A DNA stretch of 248,000 bases from Wallemia ichthyophaga EXF-994. Lineage: Eukaryota; Fungi; Basidiomycota. The stretch lies in contig NW_008806277.1 in assembly GCF_000400465.1 (NCBI RefSeq), positions 20,001 to 268,000 on the forward strand, in the 5' to 3' direction. Made by a program: the position numbers and the translations under genes. The notes under the pieces are model-generated. The model did not search any database, was not told the DNA's origin, and saw nothing but the letters and a program-made list of their open reading frames with translations. This document shows, piece by piece, positions 1 to 11,060 of this stretch (the stretch's first letter is position 1; every line of letters starts with the position of its first letter).

Positions 1-9
1 TCGTATCCA

Positions 10-984
10 ATGACACTATCTAGGAACTGTTTCATTCCAATGGTTATAACAAGAGGCAGTGACCAAGTAGCAGTCAGTTCACGATTTGAGGTAAGGAACG
101 ACCCAGCCGTCGTCCGCAATTATGGACAGATGTTGATAGAATACTCGAAAGTTATTCCTGACGGTATAGTAGCCTTCTTTCCTAGTTATTTGTACATGGA
201 GAGTATAGTAAGTGCGTGGAATGAGATGCAAATACTCGATGAAGTGTGGAAGCACAAGCTTATTTTCGTTGAAACACCCGACGCACCCGAGACAAGCATA
301 GCATTAGAGAACTTCCGTAAAGCTTGCGATAATGGACGTGGAGCAGTTATGTTATCGGTGGCACGAGGGAAAGTGAGTGAAGGAATAGATTTTGATCATC
401 ATTTTGGTCGGGCTGTTATAATGTTTGGAGTTCCATACCAATACACAGAATCTCGTATACTCAAAGCTCGTTTAGAATACCTACGTGATAATCACAGAAT
501 ACGTGAATCAGATTTCTTAACTTTCGACGCAATGAGACACGCTGCGCAGTGTGTAGGTAGAGTTTTGAGAGGTAAATCTGATTACGGTTTGATGATCTTT
601 GCCGATAAGCGATTCGCGAGATCAGATAAAAGAGCAAAGTTACCACGTTGGATTAATCAATACATCGCTGAAACATCATCGAATCTTTCAACCGATATGG
701 CTATATCTCTCGCAAAGAGGTTTGTCAGGACTATGGCTCAACCATTTGATCATTCTCAAACTGGGGTCAGTTTGTGGACAATGGATCATGTTTTAGAGAG
801 ACAGAGGTTGGATAAGGAGAGTGATCTCGCAGCTGTAGCACTCACTGATAAAGATCATATGAACGTCGATGGAGTTGTTGACGGAGTTGCAGATGGAGTT
901 GGCGATTCTAGCGGTGATAGTGATATCGATGATACTGGTGGGATTGATGATAACGCATTGATAGATATCCCTATGACGCAGTAA
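10..984 (+). CDS. RAD3: TFIIH helicase XPD/Rad3, C-terminal part (gene starts before window)
   Basis: [13 protein letters not shown] and [20 protein letters not shown] helicase motifs. Confidence 0.95.
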   Translation: MTLSRNCFIPMVITRGSDQVAVSSRFEVRNDPAVVRNYGQMLIEYSKVIPDGIVAFFPSYLYMESIVSAWNEMQILDEVWKHKLIFVETPDAPETSIALENFRKACDNGRGAVMLSVARGKVSEGIDFDHHFGRAVIMFGVPYQYTESRILKARLEYLRDNHRIRESDFLTFDAMRHAAQCVGRVLRGKSDYGLMIFADKRFARSDKRAKLPRWINQYIAETSSNLSTDMAISLAKRFVRTMAQPFDHSQTGVSLWTMDHVLERQRLDKESDLAAVALTDKDHMNVDGVVDGVADGVGDSSGDSDIDDTGGIDDNALIDIPMTQ

Positions 985-1039
985 TTTAACTTATTAACAT
1001 ATATATACATTAGATACATTGTTTAAAGCAGACAATCCG

Positions 1040-1300
1040 TCAAAGTTCATCCCTTTTGACTCTCCTAGAATGAGGGAATTGTAATTCGACGGACTTGACG
1101 TGATTGTGAGACTCCAGTGCTGATCTGACGGATTCCAATACTTGCGTGCCTAGAGACTTGTCCACTCTGTACAATTGAGTATTTGGCAACTCGCCTACTT
1201 GACCAACTGGAACGGCGTTTGAGGGTGTCGGGGGAAGCGTAGAGCCCAATTGAACGATAATGGAAAGGTAGTTGTAATTGTTGTGATCAATTTCAGTCAT
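1040..1300 (-). CDS. Small protein resembling a stand-alone kexin/subtilisin S8 propeptide, ending RRVKRDEL
   Basis: MTEIDHNNYNY..GQVGELPNTQLY..VELQFPHSRRVKRDEL resembles the Kex2 prodomain pattern (by eye). Confidence 0.55.
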   Translation of the reverse strand: MTEIDHNNYNYLSIIVQLGSTLPPTPSNAVPVGQVGELPNTQLYRVDKSLGTQVLESVRSALESHNHVKSVELQFPHSRRVKRDEL

Positions 1301-1337
1301 CCTGTCTTTGACTTGTTCAACACCCTCATCCAACACC

Positions 1338-1768
1338 ATGGTCAGATTAATTACGCATAATATTTTGACATGTGCAGTGAAGGGTTGCGTCGATAGTGGG
1401 AAGAACTATCCACTAACATTTAAAAATGTCCAAGGAATTGAAATCAGAGAGCAGGAATTCAACGCTGACTTCATCAGAGCTTTCTTCCCTAAACTTGATT
1501 ATGGTGTATTGAAATCGACGTTGGAATCTGTAAGTAGATATTTAGTCCATTTTGATAATCTCACACAACCAAGCTCGGTGACGATTCACTCAAACTTGAT
1601 AGCGTGGAGGATATTGACGGACAACCAGAAGATTTCTTGAGACTGCTGCATAAGGTTCTTCTGGAGATGGATGTTACCCAGGGAGAGATGACGTGCGGTA
1701 ACTGCCAGCATAAATACCAAATCAATGAAGGTATTCCAAATATGCTACTTGGAGCAGATGAGATATAG
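1338..1768 (+). CDS. TRM112: Methyltransferase activator Trm112 (1 intron)
   Basis: MVRLITHNILTC; second exon with CGNC..YQINEGIPNMLL. Confidence 0.9.
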
Positions 1769-1845
1769 TGGATTATAACATAGAACATGTATGAATATTT
1801 ATTTAAAACAGGCAACATATAATAACTAAACACAAAAAATAAATC

Positions 1846-3190
1846 CTACTTATCATCAGGGAGGGCATTAATACCAGTTCTAGATTGTGGTCTCGACACT
1901 GGTGGGCTTCCACTTGGAGTTGCTGAAGGTGACTGAGCAGGTGAAAGGACACCGACAGCTTGCATGAATCTCTCAGAGTGTGAAGATCTCCTAACCATAG
2001 GTCTTGCCATTTCAGGCATCGAAGGTAAACCCATCAATCTGTCTGCCATGTCTGCAGCGGTTGCACCTTGGTAGAGAAGATCGTATACAGCTTCAGCGAT
2101 TGGTGCTGACATCTCTATCCTGCCGAGCAATTCATGCACAGCATCGGCTGTGAACACACCCTCAGCAGTTGATCCGAGTGTTTCTAAGATATGGTCCAAT
2201 TTTTCACCCTCACCCAATCTCTTACCGACGGTGAAATTACGTGAGCTTTCAGATGAGCACGTCAGGAAGAGATCACCGACACCGGCCAGTGAGAGGAAAG
2301 TGAGTGGATCGGCGTTAAATGCAGTACCAATTTTTTGCATCTCTGCGCTAGCTCTGGTGACCAAGCCTGCTCTTGTGTTTTGTTGGAAACCTAATCCTGA
2401 TGCCACACCTGATGCTATGGCGTATACGTTCTTCAACGCACCAGCCAACTCGACACCGACAGGATCAGTGGATGAGAAGGTGAGGAAGTGTCCTTGGTGG
2501 AACACTTCACAAGCCTGTTCAGCGTGTTGTGCAGAGAAGGAAGCGATGGTTACTTGTGTTGGCATTCTCTGCACAATCTCCTTGGCAAATGAAGGTCCAG
2601 ATAAGAAAGTAGCAACTTTGGCAATATCCTTACCACACTCTCTTTCAATAATTTCAATTGGGAGGAAACAGCTACCTGACTCTATACCCTTATTGGCGAA
2701 TACGAGCAGAGGGGCTTTATCCTTCTTGGCTTCGAACAAAGGTATCAAGTTTTTCAGGACTGATGACATGGATTGTGATGGGATTGCCATGACAATGACG
2801 TTGTATAGAAGGAGATCTTCAAATGAAGGGAATTCAGGTCCGACAGCTTTCAGGTTCTTTGAGAATATGTGGTCGGTGAGATACTGTGAGTGTTTCAAAT
2901 GAGAAATCTATCGTGTAGGTAGAACGGGTGATACACACCTTTGGATTCTTGCGGTGAGTATTGAAAGACTCAACTACATCAGCGTTACGCGCCCAGATTC
3001 TAGTTTGGTGACCGATATCGGCCAAGTGGTCAGCTAAACAGCTACCGAAGGAGCCGGAGCCGAGAACGAGAACTCTCTTGTATCCAACGGAAGGAATGGA
3101 TAGTTTGCGCTTGAATGAAGATGATCTTGAGAGTGAAGGCTTCTCGTCACCGCCAACAGGTGTCATTGATTGAAGTGGTTCGAATGGCAT
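1846..3190 (-). CDS. GPD1: NAD-dependent glycerol-3-phosphate dehydrogenase (1 intron)
   Basis: GSGSFG Rossmann motif, GALKNVYAIASG, GVGDLFLTC. Confidence 0.9.
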
Positions 3191-3646
3191 CTTTGATTAT
3201 TTAATGGGAGTTGAATTGGCTATACTACTACTTACAATTTCAGTTTATCGTCTGCGTGGGATTAAATTGTGTTGATCAGTTGATTGTCTACTTACAACGG
3301 ATCCAAGTGCTGTACTTGTTAAATAAATTGTTCAAATCCTTTAAGTATTTCGCTTACAGTTTTTAAATAAAGCTCAAGTAATTGTCAATATTCAAGAGAA
3401 TTTAACGTTGGAACCCAAGCGACGCGATGATGTCACGATCAAAAGAGGTACCAAATACGTTTTTGGAAATCGCTGAAGATATTTGATTGATAAAGATATA
3501 GTTGATCTCCGCGCATTGACAGATACAGTTCCGAACGCCTCCGAGAAGCTTTTTGTGTGATTCTAATTGGAGGTGTTCATCGGGATTACTCGGTAATATT
3601 CGTATTACGCAATAGATAACTCACGCATTATCACCAAATAACTTAT

Positions 3647-5878
3647 TCAAAGTAGTATATTACACAATTCGGGTTCGTAGTCTGTTGAATTTGGTAAAAC
3701 ATTCAGTGGTATCTGGCATTGAATCAGCTCTTCCTTCCCTTTTCCATCCCCGCCTCCTAATCTATCCTGCGACCTGAACGAGTTGGGTATGTGATCCACG
3801 TTGACAAGGTGATTTACACTTTTCGCGCAAAATCCATTACCGAGATTGAGATTAGTAGTAGATGGGGAAGATGGCGTTGATGTTGAGCTTGAGGATGTGA
3901 ATGGAGTGCGTGGCATAGGCTGAAGAATTGGCGTGGGTAGTGGGGATGAATCGAGGCTGCCTATTGATGGTCTGGGTGAGAGTGCTTGCGGGTCCTCCAC
4001 AATTACTGGTATTATTACTAAAAATGACAGCTTGATAATCCACTTTACTTCAACTGAATTTTGGTCATGTGTTAGATACTTTTATTGTAACTTGTCTTCC
4101 TACTTACAGATAGATGTCTTGAAATCTGATGATTGGTGTGAAGGTACATCAAGCGAAAAACCTATTTCGGACAAGTCGATTGCGAGAGGTTGATGAAATT
4201 CTGAATGTACTTTACGCGTAGCGTTTATCGTATGCTTTTGATTGAGGTTTGCATAATTCTCATTCGCAATTTCGTGACTTTCCAGTGTAGCTGATAACTG
4301 TTGTAAAATTAGCACATAATACCACAAACTTGAAGACAAACCGACCTTCAAAACCTTACCGCACATAGTATTGGGTTTATTTATTGATATCTTACCCAAC
4401 ACACTCTCACCCAATCTAAATGTAGACTTGACTATGGAGAGAATAGCGATATTGAGATCATCCTTGGTGATTTCGTAGGTGACCTTCTGTGAGTTCCTCG
4501 AACTAATTCCTATTGCTGTACGACATTGCTCACTGACCCTGGTGCCAATATCTGCATTTTCAAAAGGACCGTCGTATCCGGACGAATTAGTTGAACTACT
4601 CCTTTGCATTGAGTCGTAAGTTGTTAAATAAAGCTTTTGTGCGTATTTGTAAGCCTTTTCGAAGCAGCTGTTTGAGGGTGTGTTTGATGGTGGGGTGTTT
4701 GTTGGGGTATTTGCTTTGACTACCTGCTTGTCAGCACCACTGCCATAACCAACGTCACCACCCTTCACTATCGCTTCTTCGTTGATTTCCATTATAGGTT
4801 TGAGGACATCAAACCTCCTGCTTTCCTCATCAATTGTGACATTTGGGAGTACTTTTATTGGTATTTTGATAACGCGAGCATTTCCATTTTGTTTATTAGT
4901 ACCTACAACAAACTCGTAGGTTATTTTACCAATTTTGCCGTGATAGCTGGGTGGTAAAGTTATCGGCAGAGTGTGTTGAAAAGTGATTGTGGTGTCTTGG
5001 TTAGGTGAAAGCACTTTATCAACAACCAAGACAGATCTCCTAGTTTCCCAAATCGATAGTGTTGTGTTGGAGGTGTCGTTTGAGTTTGACGAGTTGTTGA
5101 GGTGGTTGAACCAGTTCGTGAGGCTGAAATTGAACAGTGTACTGCTGCGTTTGTGGGGATTTGCTTTTACATCGTCCAGGACACCTCCACCGAGTACATT
5201 TGACGATCTGCGGTTAGTCATGGTGCTCCTCTTTATCAGCGAGCGATTGAGCTCAATTTTGCCACAAAGTTGAGCAGTCGCCCATAGAATCTTCTCGTGG
5301 TTCGGAAGTAGGGGTGTTTTGAGGTTGCGATTCAGTTTATGATAGGTTGAGTTATCCTGCATGGTAGAAGATGTGGGAGTGGGAGTGGAAAGGTTTGAAG
5401 CTTTGCGCGTGTGGGGATGCCTCCAAGGGAGGTTTGGAGAGCGTGTGGGTGATTGTGTGGAGTTAATTGACAATGAAGAAGGTGAAGAGGAAGAAGAGGG
5501 TGGTGAGGGTGAGGACAGCGTCTCAGCAGATGAGAATCGCTTTGAGAGGTCAATTGATTGTACTTGTCTGTTGTGTCGTAAAGTAGAAGGCCTGCCTTTA
5601 CCAATACCAACGTCATTCTGAGGTACAGGATCAGAATTCTTACCAACGAGACCACATCTTGATGGAGGTTGTTTGAGTTGTGCCTGCTGTGCGCGTGTGT
5701 TACTCAGTACACCGCCATTGTTATGATTCGTGGATACGGACAGAGACCTTTGATGTGCGTGTGGAGATGGAATTGTTGATTGTGGCTGAGAATTTATAAA
5801 TTTAAGCGTGAATGTTATCTTATCGCCTGCAAAGTAGTAGTATTTATCAGATTTAATTTCAACGCGTAATCCATCCAT
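3647..5878 (-). CDS. RGP1: Rgp1-domain protein (introns)
   Basis: YYFAGDKITF N-terminus, LPPSYHGK, arrestin-like C-terminal exons. Confidence 0.7.
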
Positions 5879-6084
5879 TAGTAGGTATTTATATATATCG
5901 CTATAATCCTGTGTTTTTGCAAAATACGGCTATCAAATAATATACTTGAAATTTTAAGCTTATTATTTACGTACTTGTTGGTGAGTGGTGCAGGGGTGCC
6001 GGTGCAGATCGTATTTCATAATAAATTACAAAATTGTTTAAAATTGTTTCGTTAAATCCAGAGTCATTGAGGGTGTTGTAGTAA

Positions 6085-6484
6085 TATATACCACCTACTG
6101 ACGCCCCGCCGCCTTTCTGAACTCCTCTTTGTATTCGTTTAATGAAGAATCCTTGTTTGAGAGCCTGTCTGCCCAAGTCTGTGAAGCAAACTTACGTTCG
6201 CCCTTGGTGGAATCAGCTTTCGACATGAAGAAGAATCCTGCGACGACGACGATTGAGCCGATAATTCCTGCGAGCTGTGGAGTGTTAGTGCGGTACTTAC
6301 GAACCTTAATCCCTTAAGAAAACCCACCGGATAAAGTGATGGGTCACGCTTTGCGAACTTGTTGAAAGTCTTCGCCGTATCACGAGCGCTCTTTTGTGGC
6401 TGATTGTTTGTACCTGGTGGCTGGTGTGGGTGTGAGCGGTAAATATCGTATAGTTATACCAATTCCCACCTGTGGCGATGACAT
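6085..6484 (-). CDS. Small single-TM protein, NDUFA4/COXFA4-like (3 introns)
   Basis: Spliced by eye: ..KRDPSLYPLAGIIGSIVVVAGFFFMSK..; GT-AG introns. Confidence 0.45.
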
Positions 6485-7073
6485 TATTGGTAGTGTGGAA
6501 TCAAGAAGTAGTTGTAGCCAATTTAAGTTTATATTTTGTAGTTATTTACGGTAAAATTTAAATCCATCCATTCATCATTCAGTCTTTACTCTATTCTTCT
6601 AACTACCCTGCTTCTCTGCGTGTTGCCACCCATTCTTGTGGATTTCTGACGTCATCCCGGAAAACTCAATTGGCGCCGACTTACCTTAAATAAACTTTTT
6701 GTTCGTATAGGGATCATCAGACTCTGCCCCTGAATCACCTAGCTATCGCTCACTCTCAAGTTTCAACCACCAACAACTGAATGCATCCACATCTGTACAC
6801 AGACGACAAGCAAGCAGGTGAGCTGGTCAATGCACATGGCAATCGATTCACTTAAATTAAAATAAGCTTGCGGTGATGTTATTCGCCAGTTACAAGAGTG
6901 CAGAGACAAAGGTTGGTTGAATAGGCTGAGCGGGGCATGCAATCCCATCGACAAGGCGCTTGGAAAGTGCTTGCGGGAAGAGAGGATCGATAGGACGCGT
7001 AGAAATCTGGAAAAGTCAAAAGAGCGCAACAGGAAGAAGCAAGAGGCGTGGAGTAGCTTGTAGAAGACACCAT

Positions 7074-7874
7074 TTATAAGTGCAGAATGACGACTCTGTT
7101 GATTCTGTCGTTAAATGGGTCTTCTATAAGCTCCACATTGGCTACACCACTCTGCTTGGCCAGCTTTACCACCAATTGAGCCTGATTATAACCAACTTCC
7201 ATCCAAACTTGTTTGTTAAACGCATCCTTGAGTAAATAGATCATTCTCTTATAAAACACCAGTCCGTATTCATCTCCCCCAGCGAGTAGTGCATCTTTAT
7301 CCTCCCAATCCCGGACTTCTGAGTGCAGTGTCTTGTAATCGCGTTGAGTAATGTAAGGTGGATTGATAGTAATAACATTGTAGCTGCTGAGGTCTATAGA
7401 TTCACTGAGAATGTCCATCTGCTTCACCTCGAACCTCTCGAGCTGCTCCTTGGTGAGATTGTTACGTGCGTTGATTGTAGCTAGCTTGCACGCCTTGGGT
7501 GAGCTGTCCACTACCACGACGCTATCGCAGTGCAGCTCCTTAGCAATACTCACACCAATGCACCCACTCCCTGTACACAGATCTAGCACTCTAAGCTGTC
7601 TATTATCACAAAATCGCGCGATTAGTTTGTCTACCCAGAATTCTGTCTCCTGGCGTGGAATAAGCGTTGGTGGAATACACTGAATCACTGCACTATTGAA
7701 TGGCTGGTTGCCTATAACGAATTGCAGCGGTTTCCCCGATAGTCGCTGTCCCAGTTTGAATACAGCCTCTTTGCCACTCCTACAGCTCTGTCTAACCCAT
7801 CTAATCTCATTGTACGCGTCTGCGCTGCCAAAGCTATCCACCATTCTCCGCGTTACAGTTAGCCGCCTTCTCAT
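7074..7874 (-). CDS. MTQ1: HemK/PrmC release-factor glutamine methyltransferase
   Basis: LIPRQETE, VLDLCTGSGCI, NPPY motifs. Confidence 0.85.
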   Translation of the reverse strand: MRRRLTVTRRMVDSFGSADAYNEIRWVRQSCRSGKEAVFKLGQRLSGKPLQFVIGNQPFNSAVIQCIPPTLIPRQETEFWVDKLIARFCDNRQLRVLDLCTGSGCIGVSIAKELHCDSVVVVDSSPKACKLATINARNNLTKEQLERFEVKQMDILSESIDLSSYNVITINPPYITQRDYKTLHSEVRDWEDKDALLAGGDEYGLVFYKRMIYLLKDAFNKQVWMEVGYNQAQLVVKLAKQSGVANVELIEDPFNDRINRVVILHL

Positions 7875-7929
7875 TGGTTGGTTGTTGTACCGGTACTGTC
7901 ACCACTGCCATTACCAACACACCAACACC

Positions 7930-9108
7930 ATGAGAATCACGCCTTCCCAGCTCAAGAACGCCTCCCCCACCGCCGTCGTTATGATGAACATGGGTGGTCC
8001 CGCCACACTCGACAACGTTCACTCATTCCTCTCAAACCTCTTCCACGATAAGGATCTAATCCCGCTGCCATTCCAATCAATTCTCGCCCCTAGAATCGCC
8101 AATAGACGTACACCCAAGATAAAGCAGCAGTACAAAGAAATCGGCGGCGGCTCACCCATCCTCCATTGGACACAGCGTCAGGGCGATGAAATGGTGAAGC
8201 TGCTGGACGAGCTCTCTCCTGCTACAGCCCCGCATAAGCCCTACATCGCATTCAGATATGTCGATCCTCTCACAAAAGACACGCTCGCGCAAATGAAACA
8301 CGATGGCGTCACTCGCGCTGTAGCGTTCACGCAATACCCCCAATACTCGTGCAGCACCACTGGGAGCAGTTTGAATGAGCTCTATCGCCAGATTCATGCG
8401 CTGGGCATAGACAAGGATATAAACTGGTCCATTATTGACAGATGGCCCAACCACCCACTCCTAGTTGAAGCTTTTGCGGAGAATGTCGCCAAGTCTTTGC
8501 GTAAGTATGCTCCTGAAGAACGTGGCAAAATCCCCATTCTCTTCTCTGCTCACTCGCTTCCGATGAGTGTGGTGAACAGGGGAGATCCGTATCCAGCAGA
8601 GGTAGCGTCTACGGTGCAAGCGGTAGTTAGTCGACTGCCTGGCCTCACTGGCCATACCAACCCACACCGACTCACCTGGCAGTCCCAAGTCGGGCCATCC
8701 GCCTGGCTCGGCCAGCAGACCTCCGATGCTATACAAGGTCTGCGCCGTCTCGGCTACACAAAGGCCCTCGTCGTCCCTATTGCTTTTACATCTGACCATA
8801 TTGAGACGCTGTACGAACTAGATCTCGAGTGCGTCGAGGAGGCTCGCGAGATCGGTCTCCAACTCGACCGCGTGGACAGCCTGAATGATAGCCCTGCTTT
8901 CGTGCGCGCTATCGCCGACCTCGCCGCTGAGCATCTGGGTAGTGTCTATCAGAATAAAGTGACAGACATCAGCCATACTGGTTACGTCGGCGGTTGGGTC
9001 CCGGGTCACCCTACCTCCACTCAATTCGCTCTCAGGTGTCCAGGATGCACCAATGATGTCTGCCTCAAACAGAAAAATTTCTTCAATCGCGGTAGTAGTG
9101 TTATATAG
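7930..9108 (+). CDS. HEM15: Ferrochelatase
   Basis: MNMGGP, IGGGSPI, FSAHSLP, WQSQVGP, FTSDHIETLYELD. Confidence 0.95.
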   Translation: MRITPSQLKNASPTAVVMMNMGGPATLDNVHSFLSNLFHDKDLIPLPFQSILAPRIANRRTPKIKQQYKEIGGGSPILHWTQRQGDEMVKLLDELSPATAPHKPYIAFRYVDPLTKDTLAQMKHDGVTRAVAFTQYPQYSCSTTGSSLNELYRQIHALGIDKDINWSIIDRWPNHPLLVEAFAENVAKSLRKYAPEERGKIPILFSAHSLPMSVVNRGDPYPAEVASTVQAVVSRLPGLTGHTNPHRLTWQSQVGPSAWLGQQTSDAIQGLRRLGYTKALVVPIAFTSDHIETLYELDLECVEEAREIGLQLDRVDSLNDSPAFVRAIADLAAEHLGSVYQNKVTDISHTGYVGGWVPGHPTSTQFALRCPGCTNDVCLKQKNFFNRGSSVI

Positions 9109-9631
9109 ATATTTCCTTCCTTCTTTTCATGAAATCTGCTTATACCTTGTGCGCTCAAGTTAAAATTGTTTTGCAAAGTATTTTGATATATAGAAATCAT
9201 AGTATGTAGTCAAAAGCTTTACAAATATTGATAATCTTCGCCTATCCATACTTCTTGTACATTGATAGCTAACGATTTTAGTGACTCAAAGGGATGCGGT
9301 TCTTGGCATGTGTGCCGTAAGTTGGGAGGTAACTACGTGGAGCTACCGAAGGCGCGCGGGTGGGTGTTGAGCTGGTTTTTGAAGAACTCGTAAAGGGTTT
9401 GTAGAGAGTGTGAGTTTCTGAGTAATGAACCTAATCCGAACTGAATATTTATCTTGGTAATTTTTCTTCATAATGTGATTTTGGCCATTATATGTCTTTT
9501 ATATATGAAAATTCTATGTGAGATGGTGTCCTCTGTGCCACAAGCATTGCATTGAGGTGAAGCAATCAATATGAAAACGTACAATGACTTGATTTTATGA
9601 ATATTTGCGTACACCTTTTGCGTTTCAATTG

Positions 9632-9681
9632 TATATATTTTTAAGCTGCAAAGGAATTCTCAGTTCAAAATAACTCAACGG
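9632..9681 (+). promoter_or_regulatory. TATA-like element (9632-9637) and A-box-like TAACTCAACGG (9671-9681) upstream of the permuted tRNA
   Basis: TATATA; A-box-like sequence placed upstream of B box GGTTCGAGCC (9707-9716). Confidence 0.5.
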
Positions 9682-9692
9682 GAGTAGCTGAT

Positions 9693-9768
9693 ATCGAAAG
9701 GTTGCAGGTTCGAGCCCTGCGTCGGTCACCACGGCCGGCTGGCTCAATGGTAGAGTATTCGACTACGG
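9693..9768 (+). tRNA. Circularly permuted tRNA-Arg(ACG): 3' half 9693-9728, linker CCAC, 5' half 9733-9768
   Basis: 3' half A-TCGAA-AGGTT-GCAGG TTCGAGC CCTGC-GTCGGTC-A; 5' half GGCCGGC-TG-GCTC AATGGTA GAGT-A-TTCGA-CT ACG G; halves form a complete 72-nt cloverleaf; T-run terminator from 9780. Confidence 0.8.
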
Positions 9769-9779
9769 CATTGAAATAA

Positions 9780-9786
9780 TTTTTTT
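9780..9786 (+). terminator. Pol III oligo-T terminator
   Basis: T7 run 12 nt after the 5' half. Confidence 0.6.
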
Positions 9787-9949
9787 CTTATTCACTTTAT
9801 AAGTGCGGCAGAATAACGACCGTTATCATCAATTGCGTTTCACTCAAGCCAAATTTTTAGCCCTATCACTGACACTCACGTTTCAACATAAAAAGTGATA
9901 CGAACATAAAACTTTCTTCTCAAATGATTTAAGGTTTTGAAGTACTTGT

Positions 9950-10885
9950 ATTATTTGCACGACTCTCGTTGGTTGTTTTCTAGATTTACATTATTAAGTG
10001 AATCCGGTTAAATGGCATCTGCATTGTTTTCTGAGCCACTACTATCTAAGCATTTTCGTTATTCCAATATTTCATAGCGTTTGAAATGGTTGAGATTGAG
10101 ACACTGTCTCTCAATCGAATACCCGTAGATTGTCTTTGGCAGCGTGAGGAAGAATTTAAAATGACCTGAAGCATTGGCAGAGTTTTAATTCTATTTCTTT
10201 AGGCCTTTTTTACACTCTTCACGTCAGCTCGTCACCCTCGAATTAAACCCCTCTTCGGAAAGGTTTCTGGGTTTCAGCTAGTAAGATTAACAGAATACTT
10301 GGAAGCAAAGTGACTACAAGAATTGTTTACTAAGGGATTTTCCAATGTGTGCTATGTGGGCGTCTATTAACCGAGCGTAGCTCAACGATACAGCCTCAAT
10401 CTTGCAGCAACATAGATTATCTCAGCAGGGAGCCTTGCGAAGGACTTCTTGTTGGATGTTTTGTCGTCTGTGGATTGCTTTGTCTTGGTGGTTGAGGTTA
10501 GATAGAGAGATGAAGTGAGGGATGGAGAGCAAACCTACCAGGAGTATCGCTCAAAGTGGACTTTGAACGGACTGCCAGATCTTAGTTGGAGTTCAGAAAG
10601 AGTTAAATGAGCGGAGATAAAGCTTACTGGGAGTAGCAAAGACCATTTACAGGGAAAGGGCTAAACCCGCCATACTATGGTCCACAAGACGGCGAGCCGC
10701 GAGGAAATAAGTGTGGGCCACTACAGAACGCAGCGGTGTTAGAGTCGTTAATGTACTTTGACTCACGTGACTCTTGCCTTGTCTGTTGTGTTTCACTAAC
10801 CCGTTACCCTCGTTCCTAGTCTCGCGGCTAACAGCGTTGAAAGAGGGGTGATGAGCAAAACAAAGTACCATCTCAAAGCATACAT
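9950..10885 (-). CDS. Putative multi-intron secreted protein (3' end uncertain); copy at +4636
   Basis: MYALRWYFVLLITPLSTLLAAR signal-peptide-like first exon followed by GT-AG introns. Confidence 0.3.
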
Positions 10886-11060
10886 ATGAGAAAATTAGAA
10901 ATCACGATATCAACGCCTATCGCATGTCTGCTGATGACTGTGAAAAAAGCGTGAAAATCAAATGCATCATACAAGTTGGATAAAGCTGGATATCATTAGG
11001 ACGTCGTGCGTGTGAGTAGGTGGATATAATAAGAGGGGAAACACTGAGTTAAGCTGGCAT

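Noticed and set aside
7074-9108. HemK next to ferrochelatase as a haem-pathway cluster
   Set aside because: HemK/PrmC is a release-factor methyltransferase; the name is historical, so the adjacency is uninformative
9664-9728. A conventional (non-permuted) tRNA using the upstream D-arm-like hairpin
   Set aside because: No upstream 7-mer pairs with GTCGGTC and no anticodon stem forms; only the downstream 5' half completes the cloverleaf
10790-10812. CTAACCCGTTACCCT as a telomerase RNA template
   Set aside because: Not a true 1.5x TTAGGG template and lies in a probable coding gene on the other strand
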